DNA from: Thainema sp.
GTDB lineage: Bacteria > Cyanobacteriota > Cyanobacteriia > Phormidesmidales > Phormidesmidaceae
NCBI GenBank assembly: GCA_052168235.1
Contig: JBQLZK010000008.1
Span: 32,001-96,000, forward strand
Direction of reading: 5' to 3'
Length of the DNA: 64,000 bases
This document shows, one piece after another, positions 9,145-19,020 of the stretch (position 1 is its first letter; each line of letters begins with the position of its first letter). The notes under the pieces were generated by a model, which ran no database searches, had not been told where the DNA came from, and worked only from the letters and a program-made list of their open reading frames with translations. Position numbers and translations under genes: made by a program.

Positions 9145-10884
9145 TTAGCTAGATGCTGTCTCAGCCTTGAGCAGCAACCAGCAGGGTAGGAAATAGCGAG
9201 CTAGACTGTCATCTACATCCCAGAACTCGGTGTAGCAGTCGCTAGAGCAGTAACTGCTGATAAACACCGTGAGTAAATCTTGAAAAGGCAGGTCGGGATG
9301 CTGGGCTGAGGTGAAGTCTGTGTAGAGGGTGTTGACGGCATTTTGCAAATACAGCAAATTGCTGGCAATTTCAGCGAATACGCTGCCGCTGCCGGCCAGA
9401 GTTGGCAAATAGTCGGCGCTATACTCGCTGAGAAAAATGTGATAGAGCTGTGAGATCGCACATTTGAGGCTGGTGCGACAGGTCAGCGATTCGACATTGT
9501 GCCCCTGCGCATCCCAAGCGGTCAGCAGTTCGGCTTCGAGCGGCGAGAAATGTAGAGCGGACAGCTCCATTTCCAATAAGGGTTTGAGCACCCGCAAAAA
9601 CAAAAAATCTAAATCGGCCAGGCTTAAATCCAGCTTCATCGGCAGGGTTTTGAACAGCGACGAGCTGAGTAACTGATCGGCAGCCTGGGGATAGTCCCAG
9701 ACAAACTTAAACTCGGCGGCATCAGCTACCATTTCCCCCAACAGGTGCGTGAACAGAAGACCCAAGCGCTGACGCACTTCACCGTGAAAGAATAGCCGCG
9801 CCCGCTGCACATCTAGCGTGACCGTCTGATCCGTCAGCTTAAACAACTCCTGGCAGGTGAGCGGCCCGTTCGGGGTATAGGCTGTTTCCCCAGCTCGTAG
9901 CGGTTCATCACAATCGGCCAGAATGGCATAGTCGCTTTCAAATTGGGTCAGCATGAGCTGCCAATGATGTCCCCAGATATCATGCAGCAGAAAGGCCTCT
10001 GCTTTATGTAAGGGGATTACACCCACTGCCCGCGACAGCGATCGCAACAGAGCGACCACCTCAACTCTCACTGTTGCTGCCACCTGCTCCACCCACTCCC
10101 GATCAATCTGCATCGGGTCGCAGGGGCCAAAGGTCGGAAATCGCTGAAACTGGCTATAGCTAAAGCTACCTGCCGCCATCAGCAATTGCTTCAGCTTTGC
10201 CAACGCAATCGCATCTAAACCATCCGCCGTCTTACCTTCCCCTCCCTCAAGTTCCTCTACAGCCTTTACATCCACACAAAAATAAACCTGCAGTGGCGTA
10301 TAAACCAGCTGCACAAGGCCCACTGGCACGTCGATCGTAAACAGATAGCGAAATAGTCGAGCGGCACTGCTCAGATGGGGCTGCTCGGTATCGGGTGTGA
10401 TCTCTACACTGGCTAGCACCGCTTGCATAATGCGGTGCTGTTGCTCAATTTGGTGATCCACCTGAGCCAAGAGCGTCTTTAACCCGGCTTGATGATCCGT
10501 GGACAGCTCATACTGCTGGCAGAGAGTTGCGATCGCAGTTTCTGTATCCCAGCTGGCTGGAATCGGATCGGGCTGATATTGGCTGAGCGTCGGCGATGGC
10601 ATGGTGCCGCGCCACTGCATCCCGCCCACACGGTGGTAGCGCGTCACGAGTAAAACTGACTCGACAAATGCCTGCCGAACCTTGAGCGGAATTTGGGCGG
10701 GAGAACTGCGATCGCAACAGACCGGATGGGCGTAGGTCTGCAACGTAGCCTGAATCTCCCGTAGCCGCTCCTGACGACGCTGCACCCGTGGTTCTGAACT
10801 GTCGTTACCCACGAGGAAACGCGACAGTTGTAGGGCTTCTGCTAACAGTTGACGACGAACCGAATCGGGAGCCGGAGCGGGCAT
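9145..10884 (-). CDS. Hypothetical protein, possibly metal-binding
   Basis: 579-aa ORF; LLHDIWGHHWQ and HLLGEMVAD segments. Confidence 0.7.
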   Translation of the reverse strand: MPAPAPDSVRRQLLAEALQLSRFLVGNDSSEPRVQRRQERLREIQATLQTYAHPVCCDRSSPAQIPLKVRQAFVESVLLVTRYHRVGGMQWRGTMPSPTLSQYQPDPIPASWDTETAIATLCQQYELSTDHQAGLKTLLAQVDHQIEQQHRIMQAVLASVEITPDTEQPHLSSAARLFRYLFTIDVPVGLVQLVYTPLQVYFCVDVKAVEELEGGEGKTADGLDAIALAKLKQLLMAAGSFSYSQFQRFPTFGPCDPMQIDREWVEQVAATVRVEVVALLRSLSRAVGVIPLHKAEAFLLHDIWGHHWQLMLTQFESDYAILADCDEPLRAGETAYTPNGPLTCQELFKLTDQTVTLDVQRARLFFHGEVRQRLGLLFTHLLGEMVADAAEFKFVWDYPQAADQLLSSSLFKTLPMKLDLSLADLDFLFLRVLKPLLEMELSALHFSPLEAELLTAWDAQGHNVESLTCRTSLKCAISQLYHIFLSEYSADYLPTLAGSGSVFAEIASNLLYLQNAVNTLYTDFTSAQHPDLPFQDLLTVFISSYCSSDCYTEFWDVDDSLARYFLPCWLLLKAETASS

Positions 10885-10925
10885 GGCAATGGTGAGGGAA
10901 ATCGATATCCCAAATTATGGCCAAT

Positions 10926-11993
10926 TTAATGCGCTGGCGTCATCTCCGTGCGCGTTGTCGCCTGGGCCAAACGGCGTAGCATTTCGGCAGTGGTGTCAAA
11001 ATCTACACAGGCATCGGTGATGCTCTGACCATAGCGGAGCTGGCTCAAATCCTTGGGAATGGACTGATTGCCTGCCACCAAATGACTTTCAATCATGACG
11101 CCCAGTAGGTGCTGAGAACCGTTGGCCACCTGCTGAGCGACTTCGTCCAGCACGACGGTTTGACGATTGTGATCTTTATTGGCGTTGGCATGGCTGCAAT
11201 CGACCAGAACCCGCGCGTTAATGCCTTGCTTACTCAATTCCTGAGCTGCTGCTTCCACATGTTCTACGTCAAAATTGGGGCCGTGCTTGCCGCCTCGCAG
11301 TACCAGGTGGCAATCGGGATTGCCTGTCGTAGCCACGATGCTGGCTAGACCGTGACTGTTGATGCCCAGAAAATGGTGGGGCCGAATCGCGGCCAAAATC
11401 GCGTTGACGGCGGTTTGTACCGAACCGTCAGTGCTGTTTTTGAAGCCAATCGGCATGGACAGACCGGAGGCCATTTCGCGGTGGGTTTGGCTCTCGGTGG
11501 TGCGTGCCCCAATGGCTGACCAGGAAATCACATCAGCGATGTACTGCGGGGTAATCGGATCGAGCAGTTCAGTCGCGGCAGGCAGGCCAATTTCAGCGAG
11601 ATCCAACAGCAGCTTGCGGGCGATCCGCAGGCCGTTATTGATGTCGTAGCTGCCGTCCAGGTGAGGATCATTAATTAAACCTTTCCAGCCGATATTGGTG
11701 CGCGGCTTCTCAAAGTAAACCCGCATGACGATTTCGAGCTGATCCTGATACTTTTCGCGCAGTTTGACCAGTTTATGACCATATTCCATTGCCGCGTCCA
11801 CGTCGTGAACGGAGCAGGGGCCAACGATTACGAGCAGCCGCTGATCTTCATTGCGTAGGATATTACGAATGCGATCGCGGGTTTCAGCGACCAACTCGGA
11901 AGCTTGCTCGGTAATGGGCAGCTCGTGGTGGATCATCGCTGGGCTGATGAGTGGCCGAGTATCAACAACGTGTAGATCGCTGGTCTTATGCAT
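10926..11993 (-). CDS. aroF: 3-deoxy-7-phosphoheptulonate (DAHP) synthase, class I
   Basis: Motifs GPCSVHD, MRVYFEKPRT, IGARTTESQTHR, DCSHAN and SITDAC; aroF/G/H subtype and exact start are uncertain. Confidence 0.92.
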   Translation of the reverse strand: MHKTSDLHVVDTRPLISPAMIHHELPITEQASELVAETRDRIRNILRNEDQRLLVIVGPCSVHDVDAAMEYGHKLVKLREKYQDQLEIVMRVYFEKPRTNIGWKGLINDPHLDGSYDINNGLRIARKLLLDLAEIGLPAATELLDPITPQYIADVISWSAIGARTTESQTHREMASGLSMPIGFKNSTDGSVQTAVNAILAAIRPHHFLGINSHGLASIVATTGNPDCHLVLRGGKHGPNFDVEHVEAAAQELSKQGINARVLVDCSHANANKDHNRQTVVLDEVAQQVANGSQHLLGVMIESHLVAGNQSIPKDLSQLRYGQSITDACVDFDTTAEMLRRLAQATTRTEMTPAH

Positions 11994-12327
11994 GGGAAGT
12001 TCTAGGAGCATCGGCAAGGATACGATTCTTCAAATTGTAGTCAGTTTTACTCTTTTCTATTGTGTGAGGTTTTGGGGCTTCATCCAACCCAGTTTTAAAT
12101 TAAATCTTGACTTAAATCGTGAGACTTTGGCCCAAACGCCACGTTTGTCACTTTAACAAGTTACTTCAACTCCTGTGGTGGCATCTGCCAAAATGCTTAT
12201 TGGTTCGCAACTTTAGCGGATTGCCGTTCGCTGAAGATTACGGTAGACACGTAGTCAGCCTAAATACCTGCGTCATGGATACTTGACGCAGCAACTAACC
12301 GTCTGAGCTGGAAGAATTACCGAAAAT

Positions 12328-12765
12328 CTATAGCACCTGGGCAACTGCCTGAGCATAAGCCGTCAGCTTAGCCTGAGCCGCGTCATCGTACAAGCTACCA
12401 TCCTGCCGATTGAGCATCATGAATGTACCAAGTACTTGTCCATCACGGATGATCGGTACGGCTAGCGCTGTCGTTATGCTCAGTTTTTCAACCCAGTCCT
12501 GTCGCACGCGTGAGTCACCTTGAGGCTGGCACACTAACTCCGCTTGTTTTGACCTGAACGTAACACCGCAAAGCCCAGATGTTGCACTCGCCGCTCGCTT
12601 TCCTTTGATGATCGCCGCATCTTTGCCAACGGCGGCAGCATGAAAGACGGTTTCACCACCTGCTTCCGATAGGCTCAAAACAGATGTTTCGGCTCCAACC
12701 AGTGTTTGCGCGTGTTGAGCAATAGCGGTCAATTGATCGGCGGCGGATGAGGTGGACTGATACAT
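12328..12765 (-). CDS. Stand-alone GAF domain protein
   Basis: GLCG...D.R...ALAVPII.DGQVLG...NRQDG pattern. Confidence 0.8.
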   Translation of the reverse strand: MYQSTSSAADQLTAIAQHAQTLVGAETSVLSLSEAGGETVFHAAAVGKDAAIIKGKRAASATSGLCGVTFRSKQAELVCQPQGDSRVRQDWVEKLSITTALAVPIIRDGQVLGTFMMLNRQDGSLYDDAAQAKLTAYAQAVAQVL

Positions 12766-12896
12766 AGAGTTTAGGTCGCGACGAATTATTCTCTATCGTC
12801 CCATACCTGTTTCAGCTCCACCCCGTCCTGGTTTGGACTGAGATCGCACTTCAACTTCCAGTTTCTGCAAATTCTCCAGACAGTCCTGGAAGGCAA

Positions 12897-13886
12897 TTAT
12901 TCAAGGAGCGTGCCGTCGGGCATTGTCGCTTCTGAGAAGATGGCTTCGGCTGACAAGAGTGTATCCAATGCGGCACCGCGCAGACTCGCTTTACTAAAAT
13001 TGGCTCGCTGGAGATTCGTTCCAATCAGCTTTGCTCCCCAGAGGTAGGCACCACGCAGACTGGCCTCAGTGAGATTGGCCGCTGTCAGGTTGGCCAAATT
13101 TAATTTAGCTCCTGTCAGATCTGCGATCGCAAGATTGGCGTTGGTCAAATCAGCTTTATTCAGTGTTGCTTCGCTCAGATCGGCTCGGCGCAGATCAGCC
13201 TCGGTTAAATTGGCGGATTGAAGTTGCGATCGCATTAAGTTAGCGACTCGCAGTTGCGTATGGCTCAGATTAGCTGCTGAGAGATTGGCATTGCTGAAGT
13301 TTGTCCCCGACAGCCGCGCCTCGCTCAGGTTCACACCATCAAGGTCAAAGCCGCTGAAGTTGACTCCATTCAGCCAGGCTTCACTGAGACGGGTTCCGTT
13401 CAACACCGCATTTTCCAGGCAGGCTCCACTCAAGCGGGCTCCACTCAGATTCGTCCAGTTGAGGTTGGCTGAGCGGAGATTGCAGCCCCGCAAATTAATC
13501 CCCTGTAAATTGGCACCACAGAGATTGACCCGCTCTAGGTTCGCTCCTCGCAGATTAACTGCCTTCAGGATTGCACCACTCAGTTTGGCATCCGTAACAT
13601 TGGCTCGAATTAACGAAGCTCCCTGGAGGTTGGCTTTGGTCAAATCGGCATTGGTTAAATTGCAGTGGTCAAGTTTGGCATAACTTAAATTTGCCCCATA
13701 GAGAAAGGCATCTTTTAAGTTTGCGCCCCGTAGCGATACATGGCTGAGGTTGGCCGAGCCGAGATAGGTGCCCGTCAAATCTGCCCCAGCTAACTTCACG
13801 CCGTTGAAATTTGCACCCATAAAGTTGAGATCGCGAAATGACCGTTCTCCCGCTTCGTAGCGCTTCACTAATTCCGACACATCCAT
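12897..13886 (-). CDS. Pentapeptide repeat protein
   Basis: Continuous A(N/D)Lxx repeats; YEAGERSF N-terminus and ATMPDG C-terminus; GAGG RBS before ATG 13886. Confidence 0.95.
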   Translation of the reverse strand: MDVSELVKRYEAGERSFRDLNFMGANFNGVKLAGADLTGTYLGSANLSHVSLRGANLKDAFLYGANLSYAKLDHCNLTNADLTKANLQGASLIRANVTDAKLSGAILKAVNLRGANLERVNLCGANLQGINLRGCNLRSANLNWTNLSGARLSGACLENAVLNGTRLSEAWLNGVNFSGFDLDGVNLSEARLSGTNFSNANLSAANLSHTQLRVANLMRSQLQSANLTEADLRRADLSEATLNKADLTNANLAIADLTGAKLNLANLTAANLTEASLRGAYLWGAKLIGTNLQRANFSKASLRGAALDTLLSAEAIFSEATMPDGTLLE

Positions 13887-13977
13887 AAGGTAGTACCTCG
13901 CTAATCTGTCCTCAAATTCAGCTCCAGCTTTTACCGCCCTTATCACCTGCAGTCCCTTGCAGGTTGCAAAGTGATAC

Positions 13978-14071
13978 GAAGTCGGGTTAGAACCCAATGG
14001 ATTATTTGTGTCAAGTTAGCGAAGCCAGCCTTTCACAAACAATTCATTGGGTTCTCATACCCGAACTTGAT
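13978..14071. mobile_element. Degenerate palindrome-carrying MITE, sibling of the 15955-16050 element in opposite orientation
   Basis: 32-bp imperfect arms 13989-14055 with a GAA loop; its end matches TCAAGTCCGTGTATCAGAACCCAAT at 15955. Confidence 0.65.
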
Positions 14072-14337
14072 AGTAAATGTGTGAGCAGTAAGCCCCTTTG
14101 TGCTGAATAGGAGCAACGCAAACCAAAATTGAGAACATAGAACCCTGATCCTCGTGTCGTTAGCGTGCCCGTTTACACGCCCCAGTCATGGAAATCTCGA
14201 TAAAGTGTGAGAATTAGCAACACAGCGATACGTTTGTTCACGGTGATGCCCAGTTTGCTCCTGAAAGTCAGATTATGATTTGGCTGTGGAAACCTTGTTT
14301 AGCGAAGCTTTCACAGAGTTGGGGGATGAAGGGAAGA

Positions 14338-14925
14338 CTAAGCTTGCCGACCGCTTTCGCCTGTGATCACGGCGGCACCGATTAAATGGGCGAGTCGCAG
14401 CGCTTCCGGCACGTGGCCGCGATCGCTAATTCGCTGAAGGACTTGAGCAATCACCACGGGATCGGCATCGCCACAGACTTGAAAATAAAACGGCGGAAAC
14501 TCGTGTATGGTTCCCGCCTGCTGCATGATAGCGTATCGTTTTTCAAATTCGGGCAGTCGCTGCATGGCTTGCTGAATTCTGGCCAAGCGAGGCAAACGGC
14601 GCATAACGGCCACACAAGGACGCTCCAGCCGCTGCGCCAGTTGGGGTAAATTAATCACGTTAAATCCGCCCATGCAGATGCCGTCCAGCAGGACAAGATG
14701 AAGCTGGGGCAAAAACTTACCGTCGATCAGCAACTTGCAGACTGTATCCGTCGCGTCCCAGCCATCGGCCTCAATCTCGCCCCAGACCATGCCCTCGAAC
14801 CGAGTGCCGCCACACACCACACCTGCGATCGCAACTGGCTCGCTCTGCCCTCGTTGAAAGGGTGCATCGTCAAATCCAATCACGCGAATGGTGCGATCGC
14901 GCCGCAGGAGTTCGCTCAGTTCCAT
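14338..14925 (-). CDS. DUF99 family (endonuclease V-like) protein
   Basis: Motifs VIGFDDAPF, DGWDAT, LLDGI..GGFNV and PEALRLAHLI. Confidence 0.85.
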   Translation of the reverse strand: MELSELLRRDRTIRVIGFDDAPFQRGQSEPVAIAGVVCGGTRFEGMVWGEIEADGWDATDTVCKLLIDGKFLPQLHLVLLDGICMGGFNVINLPQLAQRLERPCVAVMRRLPRLARIQQAMQRLPEFEKRYAIMQQAGTIHEFPPFYFQVCGDADPVVIAQVLQRISDRGHVPEALRLAHLIGAAVITGESGRQA

Positions 14926-14940
14926 TGCTGATTGACCAGA

Positions 14941-15552
14941 CTAGTCATCTCGTAAGTAGCCTGCTGCAATGGAGTCCTCGATGATCGCTTCCACCAGTGG
15001 CCAGAGGGCAGGAGCGCCCTGCTGAACGGGAGCCATCCGTTTGAGTACCTGACTGCGGCAAATATCATGAATCTTCCAAGTGCCGCCTTCGGTGTAGTAG
15101 TTGTGCAGAATCGGCTGGATGCGGTCTAGAGACGCGGCAAAGCGAGCATCGACGGTGGCTTGAGTTTCGAATTCATCCCACAGCGATCGCAACTCGGCCT
15201 GCTGAGCATCTGGCAGTAGACCAAAGAGCCGATCAGCGGCTTTCTGTTCCCGTCTAGCCTTGTCTACGTGGCCCTGGGTGTCGTAGCAGAAGGTGTCGCC
15301 GGCATCGATTTCCACAATGTCGTGGATCAGCACCATTTGAATCACCCGCAGCACGTTAATCGGTTCTGGGGCATATTCCTCTAGCAAAACGGCCATCAGC
15401 GCGAGGTGCCAGGAATGCTCGGCGCTATTTTCTCGGCGCGAGCTGTCGGTCAATAAGGTCTGACGCAGAACTCGCTTCAGCTTGTCGATTTCCATGACAA
15501 ACTGCAACTGCTGGGCTAAACGGGCCGATTGATTTGCGATCGCTTGCATCAT
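14941..15552 (-). CDS. HD domain hydrolase
   Basis: Motifs IDKLK..LRQT, ENSAEHSWH, HDIVEIDAGD and DRIQP. Confidence 0.9.
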   Translation of the reverse strand: MMQAIANQSARLAQQLQFVMEIDKLKRVLRQTLLTDSSRRENSAEHSWHLALMAVLLEEYAPEPINVLRVIQMVLIHDIVEIDAGDTFCYDTQGHVDKARREQKAADRLFGLLPDAQQAELRSLWDEFETQATVDARFAASLDRIQPILHNYYTEGGTWKIHDICRSQVLKRMAPVQQGAPALWPLVEAIIEDSIAAGYLRDD

Positions 15553-15556
15553 TGAG

Positions 15557-15922
15557 TTACTCCGCAGCGTGCTGTTTTAGCTCGCTCATGGAGACATATT
15601 CCAGCGTTGAGGCGTGGGTGGCCGATAGCACAACTTTGGGAGCCATGCCTGCATCTAGTGCTTCTTTCCAGCGGGAGGCACAGAGGCACCAGCGATCGCC
15701 GGGTTTGAGTCCCGGAAAATCATACTCTGGGCGGGGCGTAATCAAGTCATTGCCCTGGGCTTTGGAGAAGGCCAGAAAGTCTTCAGTCACCTCAGCGCAA
15801 ACCGTGTGAGCCCCCAAATCACCTGCGCCTGTGTTGCAGCAGCCATCGCGATAGAATCCGGTCATGGGTGCGGTGCTACAGGTCGCTAGCTCGGTTCCAA
15901 TTACATTTGTCGCTTTAGACAT
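15557..15922 (-). CDS. DUF2237 family protein
   Basis: Motifs TGFYRDGCC, GNDLITP and PGDRWCLCASRW. Confidence 0.9.
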   Translation of the reverse strand: MSKATNVIGTELATCSTAPMTGFYRDGCCNTGAGDLGAHTVCAEVTEDFLAFSKAQGNDLITPRPEYDFPGLKPGDRWCLCASRWKEALDAGMAPKVVLSATHASTLEYVSMSELKQHAAE

Positions 15923-15954
15923 CGTTTCTCCTAATCGTCACGTCTAGATGTCGT

Positions 15955-16050
15955 TCAAGTCCGTGTATCAGAACCCAATTTATTTTTTGTGAACGCTTGG
16001 CTTAACCAAGCGTTCACAAAAAATAAATCGTCAGGTTTAACCGGACTTTG
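15955..16050. mobile_element. MITE-like element carrying a long palindrome
   Basis: 23-bp perfect arms 15978-16028; outer AAGTCCG/CGGACTT inverted repeat. Confidence 0.75.
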
Positions 16051-16118
16051 CATCAGGCATTCAATGCTGAGTTTATTCTGACGCACATCTAGCTAGGTGT
16101 TTTGTTCAGTCATGGTTT

Positions 16119-16151
16119 GATGCGCTACGGCTCAAGCCTCACACATCCTAC
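16119..16151 (-). repeat. GTAG-type REP-like hairpin
   Basis: GATGCGCTACGGCTCAAGCCTCACACATCCTAC; near-copy at 61608-61640. Confidence 0.6.
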
Positions 16152-16182
16152 GCAAGCTAGCGGGGTATCTGCAAGGGCGTTG

Positions 16183-17088
16183 TCAAACTGTCGCGCATAG
16201 TTCTGCGGGTAAGGGCTGAAAGTAGCCGTCTTGCTCTAGGACGGCTACTAGACTGTGTGTTTGAGGAGACTGCATGAGATGGTGCAGCGTTTTGAGGCGG
16301 GTGCCACTGTGGGTGAGGGTATCCAGCTCGGTGAGAATTTGAATTTTCTGGGGCTGAGACAAGTGACCTTTCACCTGCGCGATCGCACTTAGGACTCGCT
16401 GTGGCCCCACCTGAATCATCTGCAAAAACTGCCGCAGAATGTTTTGGATCAGGTTTTGTTGGGATGGGGACAGGTGCGATCGCAAAAATAGGGTCAAGCC
16501 TGCCCCATGATGGCGCGATTCGGCGTCGATGAAGCCTTTTAAGCACTGCTGCAAGATGGGCTGCTGGCAGTCGCTGGCTAGGGAACGGTAGTGGCTCAGT
16601 CCCCAGCCTTCTAGGACGACCTGCAAGACAAATAGCATGACGGCGCGGTCGTCGCTTTCCACTAGTTCGGCCAGCAGTTGCAAAAACGGGTCGCGGGTGG
16701 CCTGGGGTGCATCGGGTAAAAACTGGCGAATTTGGGCTAAATGCTGGGTTTCATCGGCTGCAAATAGTCCATACAGCATCCGCTCTTCCTGGGTTTCGGC
16801 CATCAGCACCATTTTGGCCATGTAGCCAACGCCTGCCTGCTCAATAAAGTAGGCTTCTTCGAGTAAGGCTCGATTTGCGATCGCAACGATCTGCTGCTGC
16901 TCCTCGTCAGTTGCCTTCTGGAAGATTTGCACCCGATCAAGGTTGAAATGCTGGGCGTTCCAAGCAGGAGCGGTAAGGTTGATAGTTACCTGCGATGAAC
17001 TCGGCAAAGCGGCGCTGAGAATCCGGTGCAGCTTGTCATTGGCTGCAGCATGGGGAAGATGAAAACCAGCAGTGGGATAGGGATGCAT
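16183..17088 (-). CDS. Ferritin-like (diiron) domain protein
   Basis: Two E...ExxH pairs: IEQAG...DETQH and VLEGW...AESRHH. Confidence 0.8.
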   Translation of the reverse strand: MHPYPTAGFHLPHAAANDKLHRILSAALPSSSQVTINLTAPAWNAQHFNLDRVQIFQKATDEEQQQIVAIANRALLEEAYFIEQAGVGYMAKMVLMAETQEERMLYGLFAADETQHLAQIRQFLPDAPQATRDPFLQLLAELVESDDRAVMLFVLQVVLEGWGLSHYRSLASDCQQPILQQCLKGFIDAESRHHGAGLTLFLRSHLSPSQQNLIQNILRQFLQMIQVGPQRVLSAIAQVKGHLSQPQKIQILTELDTLTHSGTRLKTLHHLMQSPQTHSLVAVLEQDGYFQPLPAELCATV

Positions 17089-17262
17089 GGATGATGAGGC
17101 TGTAGAGGCTGTAGAGGCTGTAAAGGGGAAGAATATTAGAGGACGGTTTTATGATTTCAGCCTAGCTAAATTCTGGTTGGGATTTTGCCGATTGAGTCCA
17201 GTTATTGTTTTGGCGCAGTAAAGTAACGTGCGATCGCGTTCTAAATCTCATCAAATTTCACT

Positions 17263-17562
17263 ATGACTACTGAAGAACAGCTAGAAAATTGGTTAGAGCC
17301 TTTCAGACAAGATCCCCAAACAATCGTAGATAACTGTTGGCAGCACGCCGAACTTTACTCTTCCTCTAACCCGATTCCTCACTCAAGTATATGCACATAC
17401 ATCGTCAACTATGATTTCAAGGGATGGAGATTTCTAAATGCTTTATCAAAAGGGGATTCGCATGTGTGGAAAAACCTTTTGCCAATCTTACTGTTATTTA
17501 TAGTTCTTCTTGTTGCTATTGTGCTAATTGAAAGCACACTTCAATCAAAGAACAAGAAATAG
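17263..17562 (+). CDS. Hypothetical AT-rich membrane-anchored protein (possibly a chimeric remnant)
   Basis: 99-aa ORF with a C-terminal TM segment, inside an AT-rich island. Confidence 0.4.
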   Translation: MTTEEQLENWLEPFRQDPQTIVDNCWQHAELYSSSNPIPHSSICTYIVNYDFKGWRFLNALSKGDSHVWKNLLPILLLFIVLLVAIVLIESTLQSKNKK

Positions 17563-17631
17563 AATTTCTATATAATGCTTTGATGGAGCTTGAAACAGAC
17601 TCAAAATAATTAATTTTTCTACAAGCAAATC

Positions 17632-18330
17632 ATGACAAAAATACATGAATTATTTGAACATGAGCCACCTGATCTAGGAATTCAAAACTTCATGGAGATG
17701 ATTGACAATAACTATCCAGAATGGTGTGTAGTAATTGTTGAAGCTCCAATTGAAATTTTGGCAAACACTTTTGTTAGTCTATTTCATACAACAAGCTGGA
17801 AGAGAAACATTTCAATCTATATCACTGAACTAGATGGGGGAGATTTAGCAGGCTGGAAAGCTATTGTACAAGTTAAGAAAAGTAAATGGTCAGTCATTTA
17901 CAAAGATATTTTTGAGTTTAATGGTTCTGTCATAGACTGGAGTATAAAAGTATCTAAGAATTTAAATTCTAGTCCAATTGTATTTTCAGGCGAAGAAACT
18001 GGTAGTGATATTAGTTACCAATTAATTCAAGCTGGAGAAATAACAGAGGAGTATTTGTACTCTGGGAGCAGTCGATTTGATTTCTACTCAAAACTTCGCT
18101 CTAAACCAAAACTAGATTTGCTTGATGAGAAAGAAAATGAGAAGACTTATGCTGACGGATATACCCATAATTTGAGGCAGCATCTTGCATTTATCAACAA
18201 AACATTTTCAGATCAAGGGATTTATATTCCAGCCTGTTATCCTCAAAAGCATCAGGGCAACTTTCGATTAGCTGTTTCGGAATCTTCTTCTTCTAAAATC
18301 AGCAGAGCAGATTTAGTAAATATCGATTAG
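17632..18330 (+). CDS. Hypothetical protein, AT-rich
   Basis: 232-aa ORF with an ATG start and atypical codon composition. Confidence 0.7.
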   Translation: MTKIHELFEHEPPDLGIQNFMEMIDNNYPEWCVVIVEAPIEILANTFVSLFHTTSWKRNISIYITELDGGDLAGWKAIVQVKKSKWSVIYKDIFEFNGSVIDWSIKVSKNLNSSPIVFSGEETGSDISYQLIQAGEITEEYLYSGSSRFDFYSKLRSKPKLDLLDEKENEKTYADGYTHNLRQHLAFINKTFSDQGIYIPACYPQKHQGNFRLAVSESSSSKISRADLVNID

Positions 18331-18438
18331 TGCAATCGCATTACTTTGTTTGACTCAAATCTCTCATCGAATAGCATATACTTCGTATGACTGGCTTCGA
18401 AGGTATGAAGTCCTCGTGCCCAAAGCAAGGGATTGGTT

Positions 18439-18681
18439 ATGATCACAACCATTTCTAAATGGGGAAACAGCCTTGCTGTTCGTATCCCCCAGAACTTAGC
18501 CAAAGAAATCAACTTAACAGAAGGTTCTGAAGTAGAACTGGTTTTAGAAGATGGCAAGCTGATCATCAAGCCTAAAATTCAGTGTCAGTACTCACTAGAA
18601 GAATTAGTTGAAGCCATCACGCCAGAAAATCGGCAGGGTGAAATTAATAGTGGAATTGCTATAGGCAACGAAATTTGGTAG
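18439..18681 (+). CDS. mazE: AbrB/MazE family antitoxin; cognate mazF missing
   Basis: ISKWGNSLAVRIP, YSLEELV..ITPEN and GNEIW. Confidence 0.9.
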   Translation: MITTISKWGNSLAVRIPQNLAKEINLTEGSEVELVLEDGKLIIKPKIQCQYSLEELVEAITPENRQGEINSGIAIGNEIW

Positions 18682-18812
18682 GTCAATTAGAACCCGTCGA
18701 AGAAGCTCAAGCCAAAATTCAGCCGCTGGATTTTCTGATTTATTTTGAGGTAAGAATCGCGATCGCATTCCTTATTCCTCTCTCCTCACGCCTCACTCCT
18801 TCAGCGCAAAAT

Positions 18813-18986
18813 GCGATCGCAACGATCGAAGGGAGCCATTCGGATTCGGGGCTGCTGGGTCTCTGTCGAGGCCTTACGCCTCGATGATGGTCAGTTGCTC
18901 ATTGTGATTGCTCCTCCGAGTACAGTTGGACGGATTGTACTCGGAATGGCTTCCGGCACTCTCTCTATTTTTTGTCCTGTACTTAG
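18813..18986 (+). mobile_element. IS4-like transposase remnant with a probable right end
   Basis: Peptide fragment WVSVEALRLDDGQLLIVIAP and terminus TTTTTGTCCTGTACTTAG resemble cyanobacterial IS4 elements (from recall); begins at a HIP1 site. Confidence 0.5.
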
Positions 18987-19020
18987 ACCTAGATGAAGCA
19001 AAACCTGTCATTGGGCTTGA

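Noticed and set aside
12216..12325. Possible riboswitch around the CTGCGTCA/TGACGCAG hairpin
   Set aside because: No recognisable aptamer consensus; more likely a terminator after the GAF gene.
13887..13997. N-terminal extension of the pentapeptide ORF
   Set aside because: It begins inside a palindromic repeat; ATG 13886 has an RBS and a typical N-terminus.
17097..17125. GGCTGTAGA x3 and other short tandem repeats (20519, 55018, 58388)
   Set aside because: Ordinary cyanobacterial short tandem repeats.
18675..18887. 70-aa ORF after mazE as a possible mazF
   Set aside because: No PemK/MazF motifs; it runs through HIP1 and heptamer repeats.
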